Shown here piece by piece: positions 56,403-64,000 of a DNA stretch of 64,000 nucleotides (position 1 is its first letter; each line of letters starts with the position of its first letter). The position numbers and the translations under genes were made by a program. The notes below the pieces were generated by a model, which saw only the letters and a list, made by a program, of their open reading frames with translations, did no database searches and was not told where the DNA came from. Source of the stretch: an uncultured delta proteobacterium (GTDB taxonomy: Bacteria > Myxococcota > Myxococcia > Myxococcales > Anaeromyxobacteraceae); the NCBI GenBank assembly GCA_963814585.1, contig CAWFDF010000008.1, forward strand, positions 384,001 through 448,000. The letters are read 5' to 3'.

Positions 56403-56474
56403 GGCCCCATCGTCTATCGGTCAGGACGCGAGCCTTTCAAGCTTGCAAGGCGGGTTCGATTCCCGCTGGGGTCA
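56403..56474 (+). tRNA. tRNA-Glu(TTC)
   Basis: cgagc-ctttcaa-gcttg anticodon arm, gcggg-ttcgatt-cccgc T arm. Confidence 0.92.
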
Positions 56475-56494
56475 TCTCCGCGGCGCCGCCGGCC

Positions 56495-57403
56495 TCAGGC
56501 GAGGTCGCGCCAGGGCTCGGCCGCCCGCAGCGCCGCCACGATGGCGCGCGTCGAGGTCGAGCGGTTGAGCGTGTAGAAGTGGATGCCCGGCGCCCCGCGA
56601 CGGAGCAGGTCCTGGCACTGGAGCGAGGCGAAGGCCACGCCGAGGTCGCGCGCTGCGTCGGGATCGCCGCGGCGGACCTCCATGGCGGCCTGCAGGCGCG
56701 ACGGGATGGTGGCGCCGCAGGTGGCGGTGAATCGCTCCACCTGCTCGACGTTGGTGAAGGGCATGATCCCCGGCAGCACCGGCGCCTGGATCCCGGCCGC
56801 CCGGGCGCGGGCCACGAACCCGTCGAAGGCGGCGTTCTGGAAGAAGAGCTGGGTGACGAGGAAGTCGGTGCCAGCCTGCACCTTGGCCTTGAGGTGGCGC
56901 AGGTCGGCGTCGAGGTCGCGGGTCTCCGGGTGGCCCTCCGGATAGGCGGCGGCGCCCAGGCAGAAGCTCCAGCGCGCCGGCTGCGCCCGGATGAAGGCCA
57001 CCAGCTCGGAGGCGTGCTGGAAGCCGCCGGGGTGCGGCGAGAAGGCGACCTCGCCCCGGGGCGGATCGCCGCGCAGCGCCAGCACGTTCTCGACACCGGC
57101 CTCGGCGAACTCGTCGAGCGTGGCGGCGATCTCGTCGCGCGAGGCGCCCACGCAGGTGACGTGCGCCATGGTCTCGATCCCGGTCTCGCGCTTGAGCCGC
57201 TTCACCAGCTCGACGGTGCGGGCCCGGGTCGAGCCACCGGCGCCGTAGGTGACCGAGACGAATCCGGGGGCGAGCGGCCGCAGCGCCTCGACGGTCTCGA
57301 AGAGCGCCCTGACCCCCTCATCGGTCCTGGGCGGGAAGAACTCGAAGCTGAAGACCGGGTCGCCCCGCTCCCGGGCGAAGCGCAGGAGATCGCTGATGGT
57401 CAC
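56495..57403 (-). CDS. metF: 5,10-methylenetetrahydrofolate reductase
   Basis: SFEFFPP, SVTYGAGG, LALRGDPP, YPEGHP, TQLFF and HFYTLNR motifs. Confidence 0.96.
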   Translation of the reverse strand: MTISDLLRFARERGDPVFSFEFFPPRTDEGVRALFETVEALRPLAPGFVSVTYGAGGSTRARTVELVKRLKRETGIETMAHVTCVGASRDEIAATLDEFAEAGVENVLALRGDPPRGEVAFSPHPGGFQHASELVAFIRAQPARWSFCLGAAAYPEGHPETRDLDADLRHLKAKVQAGTDFLVTQLFFQNAAFDGFVARARAAGIQAPVLPGIMPFTNVEQVERFTATCGATIPSRLQAAMEVRRGDPDAARDLGVAFASLQCQDLLRRGAPGIHFYTLNRSTSTRAIVAALRAAEPWRDLA

Positions 57404-57506
57404 GCCCCGGTTCTATCGCGCCGATGGCGCACCGCGCCAGTTCCGCGCGGACGCCTGGCGGCCTTGACGCCACGGCGGCGAGACGCCATCACTCTCCCGA
57501 CCCCGC

Positions 57507-57986
57507 ATGGCCACGCCGCGCTACATCACCCCCGAGGGCTTCCGCCGGCTCTCCGAGGAGCACTGGGACATCTGGACCGTGCAGCGGCCCAGGATCGTCG
57601 CCGAGGTCGAGGCCGCCGCCGCCCTGGGTGATCGCAGCGAGAACGCCGAGTACCTCTACGGCAAGCGCAAGCTGCGCGAGCTGGATCACCGGCTGCGCTT
57701 CCTCTCGGAGCGGATGGACTCGCTCACGGTGGTGGAGCCGAAACGCGACCGGTCCGGCCGGGCCTTCTTCGGCGCCTGGGTCTCGGTGGAGCAGGAGGAC
57801 GGCGAGGCGCGGACGTGGCGGCTGGTGGGGGCGGACGAGTTCGACGTGGCGCGGGGGCTCCTCTCGGTCGACTCGCCCATGGGGCGGGCCCTGCTCGGCA
57901 AGCGGGAGGGAGACGTGGTGACCGTGCAGCGACCCGCCGGCACCACCGTGGTGACCATCGTGGCCGTCGGCTGGAAGACGCCGTGA
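57507..57986 (+). CDS. greB: Transcription elongation factor GreB
   Basis: YITPEG, AAALGDRSENAEYLYGK and SVDSPMGRALL motifs. Confidence 0.93.
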   Translation: MATPRYITPEGFRRLSEEHWDIWTVQRPRIVAEVEAAAALGDRSENAEYLYGKRKLRELDHRLRFLSERMDSLTVVEPKRDRSGRAFFGAWVSVEQEDGEARTWRLVGADEFDVARGLLSVDSPMGRALLGKREGDVVTVQRPAGTTVVTIVAVGWKTP

Positions 57987-58501
57987 CGGCACGCATCACC
58001 GACCGGGCGGCGCAGCGGGCCCTGGTGGAGCGGTTCGTGGTGGCCCGCCCCCTCGCGCTCGGCTACGACGCCGCCGCCGGGTTGCTGCTCGACGTCGCGG
58101 CGCAGAAGACGTTGCTGCTCGACTGGACCCGGGTGGCGTGGCTGGAAGAGCGGACCGACGCCGACAGCGGCCGCCCCTACCTGGCCGTGGCGCTGGGCGA
58201 TGGGGGCTCGCTGGCGCTGGCCGATCAGGGGTTGGCCTTCGCGCCCCTCACCACCTCCACCGGCCCGATCCCGGGGCTCCCGCGCGCCGTCTGCATGTGT
58301 GACCTGGAGGCGGCCGAGGGGCGGCTCGTCCACTTCCTGCGCGATCACCCGGACGACCCGCCCGAGGGGGGACACCTGGACGCCTTCGTCTTCTGCCTGG
58401 CGGTCGTCGACGGGGCGCGGGCGGTCGGCTTCGACGTCGGCCCGGAGGAGCGGCGGCTGGAACGGATCCTGAACGAGCTCGAGCGGAGAAGGCAGGGGTG
58501 A
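57983..58501 (+). CDS. Hypothetical protein
   Basis: GTGA overlap with greB; typical codon usage. Confidence 0.7.
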   Translation: MTARITDRAAQRALVERFVVARPLALGYDAAAGLLLDVAAQKTLLLDWTRVAWLEERTDADSGRPYLAVALGDGGSLALADQGLAFAPLTTSTGPIPGLPRAVCMCDLEAAEGRLVHFLRDHPDDPPEGGHLDAFVFCLAVVDGARAVGFDVGPEERRLERILNELERRRQG

Positions 58502-58510
58502 GCGGGGCCG

Positions 58511-59152
58511 TCAGGCCTCGCCGCCGGCATCCGTCCCGGCGCTCGCGAGCCGATTCAGCCTCGCCCAGAGCGCGTCGGTGCCGGTCCCCTCCTCGGCCGA
58601 GAACGGCTCGGCGCTGCCTGGCTCCAGGCCCAGCGACTTCTCCACCGCCCGCAACGCCAGCCCTCGCCTGGTGCGCGCCAGCTTGTCAACCTTGGTGGCC
58701 GCCACCACCACCATGCGCCCGGCGCCGGCGAGGAACCGCAGGGCGTCCTGGTCCGATTCCATGGGCTCGTGGCGGGCGTCGACGATCAGCACCACGGCGC
58801 GGAGCGTGTGCCGCTCCTTGAGGTAGTCCTCGATCATCGCCGTCCACTTGGCCCGCTCGTCCTTGGAGACCTTGGCGTAGCCGTAGCCCGGCAGGTCGCA
58901 GAAGCGGAGCACCCGTGGCCTCGCCGCCGGGTTGGGCCGATAGCGCACCTCGAAGAACTGCAGCGCGCGGGTCCGGCCCGGCGTGTTGGAGACGCGCGCC
59001 AGCCCCTTCTTCCTCGTCAAGGCGTTGAGCATCGACGACTTCCCCACGTTGCTTCGACCGACGAAGGCGAACTCGGGGAAGTCACCCCGCGGCCACTCGG
59101 CGGGCCTGGTGGAGGTCTGGAGGAACTCGGCGGAGACGACCTGGACGGGCAC
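58511..59152 (-). CDS. engB: Ribosome biogenesis GTP-binding protein YihA/YsxC
   Basis: GRSNVGKSS, SNTPGRT, DLPGYGYA and TKVDK motifs. Confidence 0.95.
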   Translation of the reverse strand: MPVQVVSAEFLQTSTRPAEWPRGDFPEFAFVGRSNVGKSSMLNALTRKKGLARVSNTPGRTRALQFFEVRYRPNPAARPRVLRFCDLPGYGYAKVSKDERAKWTAMIEDYLKERHTLRAVVLIVDARHEPMESDQDALRFLAGAGRMVVVAATKVDKLARTRRGLALRAVEKSLGLEPGSAEPFSAEEGTGTDALWARLNRLASAGTDAGGEA

Positions 59153-59188
59153 GGTGCCCCCTGGCGCAGCGTGGATTCGGCGGTGGGA

Positions 59189-59620
59189 CTACCTGGGGCC
59201 GGCGGGAGCCGGGTGGGCGATCAGCTTCACCTTCCGGGCATGGTCGAACTTGCCCAGGCTGGGCGTGCTCTCGGTGTGGCAGGCGAGGCATACCCGCTCA
59301 CCGGGCTCGACGAGTCCGACGGCGCGGGCCAGCTCGGCGTCGCGCATCACGTAGGCCGCAGCGTAGCGACGGCCCGGTCCGTGGCAGGCCTCGCACCCAA
59401 CCCCGCTCATCCCGGCCTCGGCGGCCGGGGCGTGGCACGAGAGGCAGCGCTTGTCGGCGCGCCTGGCGGGCGGCAGGCTGTCGAGGGCGCGAGCGTGGGG
59501 CCCTTCCTTCCAGCTGGCCCAGGCCGCCGGGTGGCACCCCTTGCAGGTCTCCGGCCCGACCAGGTCCCCCGCCAGGCCCAGGGCCGGCAGGCAGCACAGG
59601 ATGGCGATGAGGAAGCGCAC
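59189..59620 (-). CDS. Tetraheme cytochrome c (c554-like)
   Basis: Signal peptide, VGPETCKGCH, 4 CxxCH motifs, VGCEACHGPG. Confidence 0.85.
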   Translation of the reverse strand: MRFLIAILCCLPALGLAGDLVGPETCKGCHPAAWASWKEGPHARALDSLPPARRADKRCLSCHAPAAEAGMSGVGCEACHGPGRRYAAAYVMRDAELARAVGLVEPGERVCLACHTESTPSLGKFDHARKVKLIAHPAPAGPR

Positions 59621-59640
59621 GGGTCGCAGTATAGTGCGCC

Positions 59641-60162
59641 ATGACCTCGATGCGGCTGGCAACCTTCCTCGTCGCGCTGATCCTCCCGGTGGTCGTCCCC
59701 GCCAAGGCCTGGCAGGGGATCGATCCGGGGAAGTCCACGGTCGACGAGGTCGGGACCAGGTTCGGCGAGCCGACCAGCCGCGTCAAGCGCGGTAGCCGGC
59801 AGGTGCTGGCCTACAAGGGCGACCAGGCCCTGCCCGGCACCAAGGAGGCCCAGTTCCACTGCCGGGCCGACGGCGTGGTCGAGGAGATCACCGTCTTCCT
59901 CGCCGCGCCGCTGGACGGCGAGTCGATCGAGGGGACCTACGGCAAGCCCACCACGCGGACCTTCACCGACTCGTTCCAGAAGGTCTGGCAGTACCCGCAG
60001 AAGGGCGTCTCCGTCTACTTCGACCGCGAGGGGGCGGTGCAGGCCATCACCTTCAGCCCCGGCGTGGCCAGCAAGGCCGCCGAGAAGGCCTCGGCCGAGC
60101 CGAAGGGCCGCCCCGTGCCCGAGGCGCCCGCACCCGCCGCCGCCGAACCTCCCGCCCGGTAG
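59641..60162 (+). CDS. Secreted hypothetical protein
   Basis: Signal peptide; WQGIDPGKST..V..RFGEP. Confidence 0.7.
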   Translation: MTSMRLATFLVALILPVVVPAKAWQGIDPGKSTVDEVGTRFGEPTSRVKRGSRQVLAYKGDQALPGTKEAQFHCRADGVVEEITVFLAAPLDGESIEGTYGKPTTRTFTDSFQKVWQYPQKGVSVYFDREGAVQAITFSPGVASKAAEKASAEPKGRPVPEAPAPAAAEPPAR

Positions 60163-60163
60163 C

Positions 60164-60796
60164 GTGCGTCTCATCGGCCTGACCGGCGGGATCGCCACCG
60201 GGAAGAGCACGTTCGCAGAGGCGCTCCGCGCCCTCGGCTTCCCCGTCATCGACGCCGACCAGCTGGCCCGGCGCGTGGTCGAGCCCGGCACGCCCACGCT
60301 CGCCGCCATCGACGCCGCCTTTCCCGGCGTGGTCGGTCCGGACGGCCGGCTCGACCGGAAAGCCCTCGGCGCGCGGGTCTTCTCGGATGCGGAGGCCAGG
60401 CGCCGGCTCGAGGCCATCACCCACCCGGCCATCCGCGCCGCCATGGTGGCCGAGACGGCCCGGCTGGAGGCGGCCGGCCACGACCTGGTCTTCTACGACA
60501 CACCGCTCCTCTTCGAGGTGGGGCTCGATCGGGCCGTGGAGCTGGTGGTGGTGGTCTGGGCCCCCGTCGAGGCCCAGCGGCGCCGCCTCCAGGCGCGCGA
60601 CGGCCTCTCTGCCGCCGAGGCGGAGGCCCGGCTCCGCGCCCAGTGGCCCGTGGACGAGAAGGCGGCGCGGGCCGACGTGGTGGTCGAGAACGCCGACGAG
60701 ACGGAGCCGCTCGGCCCCAGGGCGGCCCGCCTGGTGGCCGGGCTGCGCGCCGGGCTCGGGCGGAGGCTTCCCGGAACCGCGCCGGCGCGCTATTGA
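60164..60796 (+). CDS. coaE: Dephospho-CoA kinase
   Basis: GLTGGIATGKS, IDAD, LEAITHP and PLLFE motifs. Confidence 0.95.
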   Translation: MRLIGLTGGIATGKSTFAEALRALGFPVIDADQLARRVVEPGTPTLAAIDAAFPGVVGPDGRLDRKALGARVFSDAEARRRLEAITHPAIRAAMVAETARLEAAGHDLVFYDTPLLFEVGLDRAVELVVVVWAPVEAQRRRLQARDGLSAAEAEARLRAQWPVDEKAARADVVVENADETEPLGPRAARLVAGLRAGLGRRLPGTAPARY

Positions 60797-60803
60797 GCAG
60801 GGC

Positions 60804-61907
60804 ATGGGCGAGCAGTTCCACTTCGTGACCGGCTTCCCCGGCCTGCTCGGCAGGAAGCTGGTCGAGCGGCTGGCCGCCAGGCCTGGCGAGCGCCTGGTGC
60901 TGCTGGTCCAGTCCCCTCATGCCGCCCTGGCGCGCGAGGCGTTGCGTGACCGTCCGGGCGCCGAGGTGCTGGAAGGGGACGTCGCCCACATGCACATGGG
61001 GCTGGCCGGCTCCGAGTGGATCGCCCTCTCCCGCGACGTCACCCACGTCTGGCACCTGGCCGCCAAGACCCGGCTGGACGCCGATGACCGGCTGCTCCGG
61101 AGCGTCAACGTCGACGGCACGCGCAACGTGCTGGAGCTGGGCGCCCAGGCGCCGCACCTGGCGCGGCTGGTCCACTTCTCGACCGCCTTCGTCTCCGGCT
61201 CGCGCGCCGGCGTGATCGGCGAGGACGAGCTCGAGGCGGGCCAGCGCTTCAACAACGCCTACGAGGAGTCCAAGTACCAGGCCGAGCGGCTGGTGCAGCG
61301 CGCCCGGGGCGCGCTCCCCGTCACGGTGCTCCGCCCCAGCCTGGTCATCGGCGACTCCCGCACCGGCGAGATCGACCGCTTCGACGGTCCCTACGCCCTG
61401 GCCCTGGCGCTCGCCCACGCCCCGCTGACGATGCCACTGCCGCTCCCCGAGGACCCGCAGGCGCCGCTCAACGTCGTGCCGATCGACTTCGTGCTCGACG
61501 CGGCGCTGGTCCTCGCCTTCCGCCCGGAGGCCGCCGGACGAACGGTCCACCTGGTGGACCCGGCCCCGCTCCCGGCGCGCCGGGTCTACGGGCTGATCGC
61601 AGACCGCCTGGGGCGGCGGCTGCCCACCATTCCGATCCCGCAGCGGGCGCTGGAGGCCCTGCGCCGCATCCCGCTGCTCCAGCGCCTGGGGCGGAGCACC
61701 GCCCAGGCCTTCCAGTACGTCGATCACCGGGCACGCTACGACACCCGCGTCCTGCTCGAGCTGCTCGAAGGCAGCGGTGTCCAGTGCCCACCCATCGACG
61801 CCTACCTGGATCGGATCGTCGAGTTCGTCCAGGCCAGCCTCGATCCGGGGCGCTCGGCCGAAGGGCCGGATCCGGCCGATCCGCCCGCGCGGCCGCCGTC
61901 CGCCTGA
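60804..61907 (+). CDS. Extended SDR / male-sterility-type NAD(P)-dependent oxidoreductase
   Basis: TGFPGLLG, HLAA, NVDGT, STAFVSG and YEESK motifs. Confidence 0.87.
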   Translation: MGEQFHFVTGFPGLLGRKLVERLAARPGERLVLLVQSPHAALAREALRDRPGAEVLEGDVAHMHMGLAGSEWIALSRDVTHVWHLAAKTRLDADDRLLRSVNVDGTRNVLELGAQAPHLARLVHFSTAFVSGSRAGVIGEDELEAGQRFNNAYEESKYQAERLVQRARGALPVTVLRPSLVIGDSRTGEIDRFDGPYALALALAHAPLTMPLPLPEDPQAPLNVVPIDFVLDAALVLAFRPEAAGRTVHLVDPAPLPARRVYGLIADRLGRRLPTIPIPQRALEALRRIPLLQRLGRSTAQAFQYVDHRARYDTRVLLELLEGSGVQCPPIDAYLDRIVEFVQASLDPGRSAEGPDPADPPARPPSA

Positions 61908-62069
61908 AGGCGCCTCTCCCCCGGCCCCTTCCCTGCGGCGACGCACGCCGCCTGGCCTGGGCCCGTCGCGCGGCGCTGGTGGCCCGCGGAGCGGCGGACG
62001 GAGGCGTCCGCCGGGCGCGGCCAGGCGAGGGTCGCCGTGACCGTGGCGGGACTGGATCGATCCGCGCGA

Positions 62070-62855
62070 TCAGGCCGCGATGACCCCGTCGACAAGCAGC
62101 GCCGCCAGGATGCGCGCGGTGTCGAGGCGGGGCAGCCCGGAGAGCGCGAAGAGGTTCTCGTAGTCGACGGTCCCGTCGATCTGCGAAAGCAGGAAGCCGG
62201 CCCGGTGGTCCAGGTTGAGCCACATGATCTCCTCCGGCTTGATGGCGAGCCTGGGGACGCAGCCGAGCGGACCGAGCTTGGACTCGTACATCGCCACCAG
62301 CGTGGCCTCGTTCTGCTGGAGGTACTCCCGGGCCTCGGCGTGCTCCGGGTCGACCTTGAGGATCTTCTCGATCATCTCCAGCGAGCCGGAGAAGTCACCC
62401 AGGGCCAGCAGGTCCTTGGCGGCGGTCATCCACACCGCCACGTCGTCCTGGGGCGCGCTCGGGCGCGTCGCCCTGGGGACGAGCGGCCGAAGATCCGACT
62501 TCTCGGCCACGGCCTCGAGGTTGAGCCCGCCCTCGCTGCCGAGGAGGATGGCCGGCGACGAAGCCGGGCCGTCGTCCCACGGGGACGGCGCATACTGAGG
62601 CTCCGGGAAGGCCAGCGGCGGTGCCGACGCCGGGGGCGCCACCGGGGGAGCCACCGGGAGTGGCGCCGGGGTCCGGGCCGTCCGGATCACCTGGCCGGCC
62701 TCCAGCCCACCGGGGAGGAGCAGGAGGTAGGAGCGCGCTCGCGAGTTGCCGGGATCGACCCGCAGCGCCTCCTCCAGCAGGAGGCGAGACTCCTCGAGCC
62801 GACCCTCGACGTAGGCCCGGATGCCCTGCTCCACCATGTCCTGGGCGGTCGCCAC
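62070..62855 (-). CDS. TPR-containing hypothetical protein
   Basis: Two TPR-like segments; C-terminal LNLDHRAGFLLSQIDG. Confidence 0.75.
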   Translation of the reverse strand: MATAQDMVEQGIRAYVEGRLEESRLLLEEALRVDPGNSRARSYLLLLPGGLEAGQVIRTARTPAPLPVAPPVAPPASAPPLAFPEPQYAPSPWDDGPASSPAILLGSEGGLNLEAVAEKSDLRPLVPRATRPSAPQDDVAVWMTAAKDLLALGDFSGSLEMIEKILKVDPEHAEAREYLQQNEATLVAMYESKLGPLGCVPRLAIKPEEIMWLNLDHRAGFLLSQIDGTVDYENLFALSGLPRLDTARILAALLVDGVIAA

Positions 62856-62858
62856 GGC

Positions 62859-64000
62859 TCAGGTCCCCTCCGGCGGCGCCGCCGCCAGGCCCTTGAAGAG
62901 CTGCAGCGTCCGATCCAGCGCCTCCTCGACCCGGGCCAGCTCCTCGGTGTCCTTCCCGTCGAGGGCCTGGCGGGCACGGGCCAGCACGCCCTCGGCCTTC
63001 TGGACCGCGTCGCGGCCGAAGCGGGAGCGCTCCAGCGACGCCTGCACGGCTGGCACCAACCCCTCGATCTCGGCGATGGCGGAGGTGATCCGCGACCGCG
63101 ATCGCTCCAGCTCGACCGTCGACTGCTTCTTCTCCAGCTGATCGTCGAGGTGCTCGTCGATGATCCGCCGCAGCTCGTCCTCGGTGAGGCCGGACGTGGC
63201 GGTGACGTTGATCGACTGCTCCTGCCCGGTGTCCACGTCCTTCGCCGACACGCCGACGATGCCGTCGGCGCTGATGTCGAAGGTGATCTCGATCGAGACC
63301 TCGCCCCGCCGCGCCGGCCGGATGCCGGCCAGCACGAACTCGCCCAGCAGCTCGTTCTCGGTGGCCATGTCGCTCTCGCCCTGCAGCACGGCGATTCGGA
63401 CCGAGGTCTGGTTGTCCTGGACCGTGGTGAAGAGGTGGGTCTGGTTGGTGGGGACGGTGGTGTTGCGGGGGATGATGGTCTGGAAGTACCCGCCCACCAC
63501 CATGATGCCGAGGTTCTGCGGCGTCACGTCGAGCAGCAGCACCTCGCCACCGGCCTGGGGTGGCGCGGCCAGGGCCTGGGCCTGGATGGCGGCCCCCAGG
63601 GCCACCACCTCGTCGGGGTGGACCCCCTTGCACGGCTCCTTGCCGAAGAAGTCCCTCACCGCCTTCTGCACGCGCGGCATGCGCGTCATGCCGCCGACCA
63701 GGAGCACCTCGTCCACCTGAGACGGCCGCACGCCGGCGTCCTTGAGCGTCTTCTCGGTGACGGCGACGCAGCGCTCGACGAGGTCCTTGGTGAGCTCCTC
63801 CAGCTTCTCGCGGGTCAGCTGCTTGGTGAGGTGGATGGCCGCCTTGCCGTCCCCACCGGAGACCAGGAACGGCAGGTGGATGTCGGCGGTGGGCGTTCCG
63901 GAGAGCTGGCACTTGGCCTTCTCGGCCGCGTCGCGCAGGCGCTGCAGCGCCATCTTGTCCTGGCGCAGGTCGACCCCGCCGTTCTCCTTGGCGAAGGTGA
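62859..64000 (-). CDS. dnaK: Hsp70/DnaK paralog (5' end outside the window)
   Basis: [35 protein letters not shown] and LLLDVTP motifs. Confidence 0.9.
   Translation of the reverse strand, partial: TFAKENGGVDLRQDKMALQRLRDAAEKAKCQLSGTPTADIHLPFLVSGGDGKAAIHLTKQLTREKLEELTKDLVERCVAVTEKTLKDAGVRPSQVDEVLLVGGMTRMPRVQKAVRDFFGKEPCKGVHPDEVVALGAAIQAQALAAPPQAGGEVLLLDVTPQNLGIMVVGGYFQTIIPRNTTVPTNQTHLFTTVQDNQTSVRIAVLQGESDMATENELLGEFVLAGIRPARRGEVSIEITFDISADGIVGVSAKDVDTGQEQSINVTATSGLTEDELRRIIDEHLDDQLEKKQSTVELERSRSRITSAIAEIEGLVPAVQASLERSRFGRDAVQKAEGVLARARQALDGKDTEELARVEEALDRTLQLFKGLAAAPPEGT

Noticed and set aside
61992..62013. GC hairpin cggcggacg-gagg-cgtccgccg between convergent genes
   Set aside because: No U-tract; hairpins like this are common at this GC content.

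Overview
High-GC bacterial chromosome window. The 16S and gene content suggest an Anaeromyxobacter-like member of Myxococcota (inference, not database-checked). From left to right: (1) ~1-12.5 kb is a rearranged accessory region with a VOC/YciI/BNR-propeller/MoaD operon, lspA, a USP + P-type ATPase pair, gene remnants, and 50-bp and 284-bp direct repeats. (2) mtnP and a complete minus-strand rrn operon (16S-tRNA-Ile-tRNA-Ala-23S-5S) preceded by four tandem sigma70-like promoters. (3) gmk/yicC and a lipid A/LPS core cluster (hldE halves, lpxL, lpxK, GT9, waaA, a PHP protein, msbA, lpxB), plus EF-G2 and an acyl-CoA synthetase. (4) Trx-like/ccdA/copA, LOG, SpoIID, an RDD-SpoIIM fusion and tRNA-Lys. 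(5) The most striking locus (48.0-56.0 kb) is a tightly coupled operon encoding an Fe-S/FAD/NAD(P)H oxidoreductase fused to a His-rich membrane domain, three multiheme cytochromes c (20, 10 and ~14 CxxCH motifs) and an outer-membrane beta-barrel. This is a candidate trans-envelope electron conduit linking cytoplasmic NAD(P)H to the cell surface, and it lies divergent from two tRNA-Glu genes. (6) metF, greB, engB, a tetraheme cytochrome, coaE, an SDR and a partial dnaK paralog. Several single-base insertions probably reflect consensus errors.
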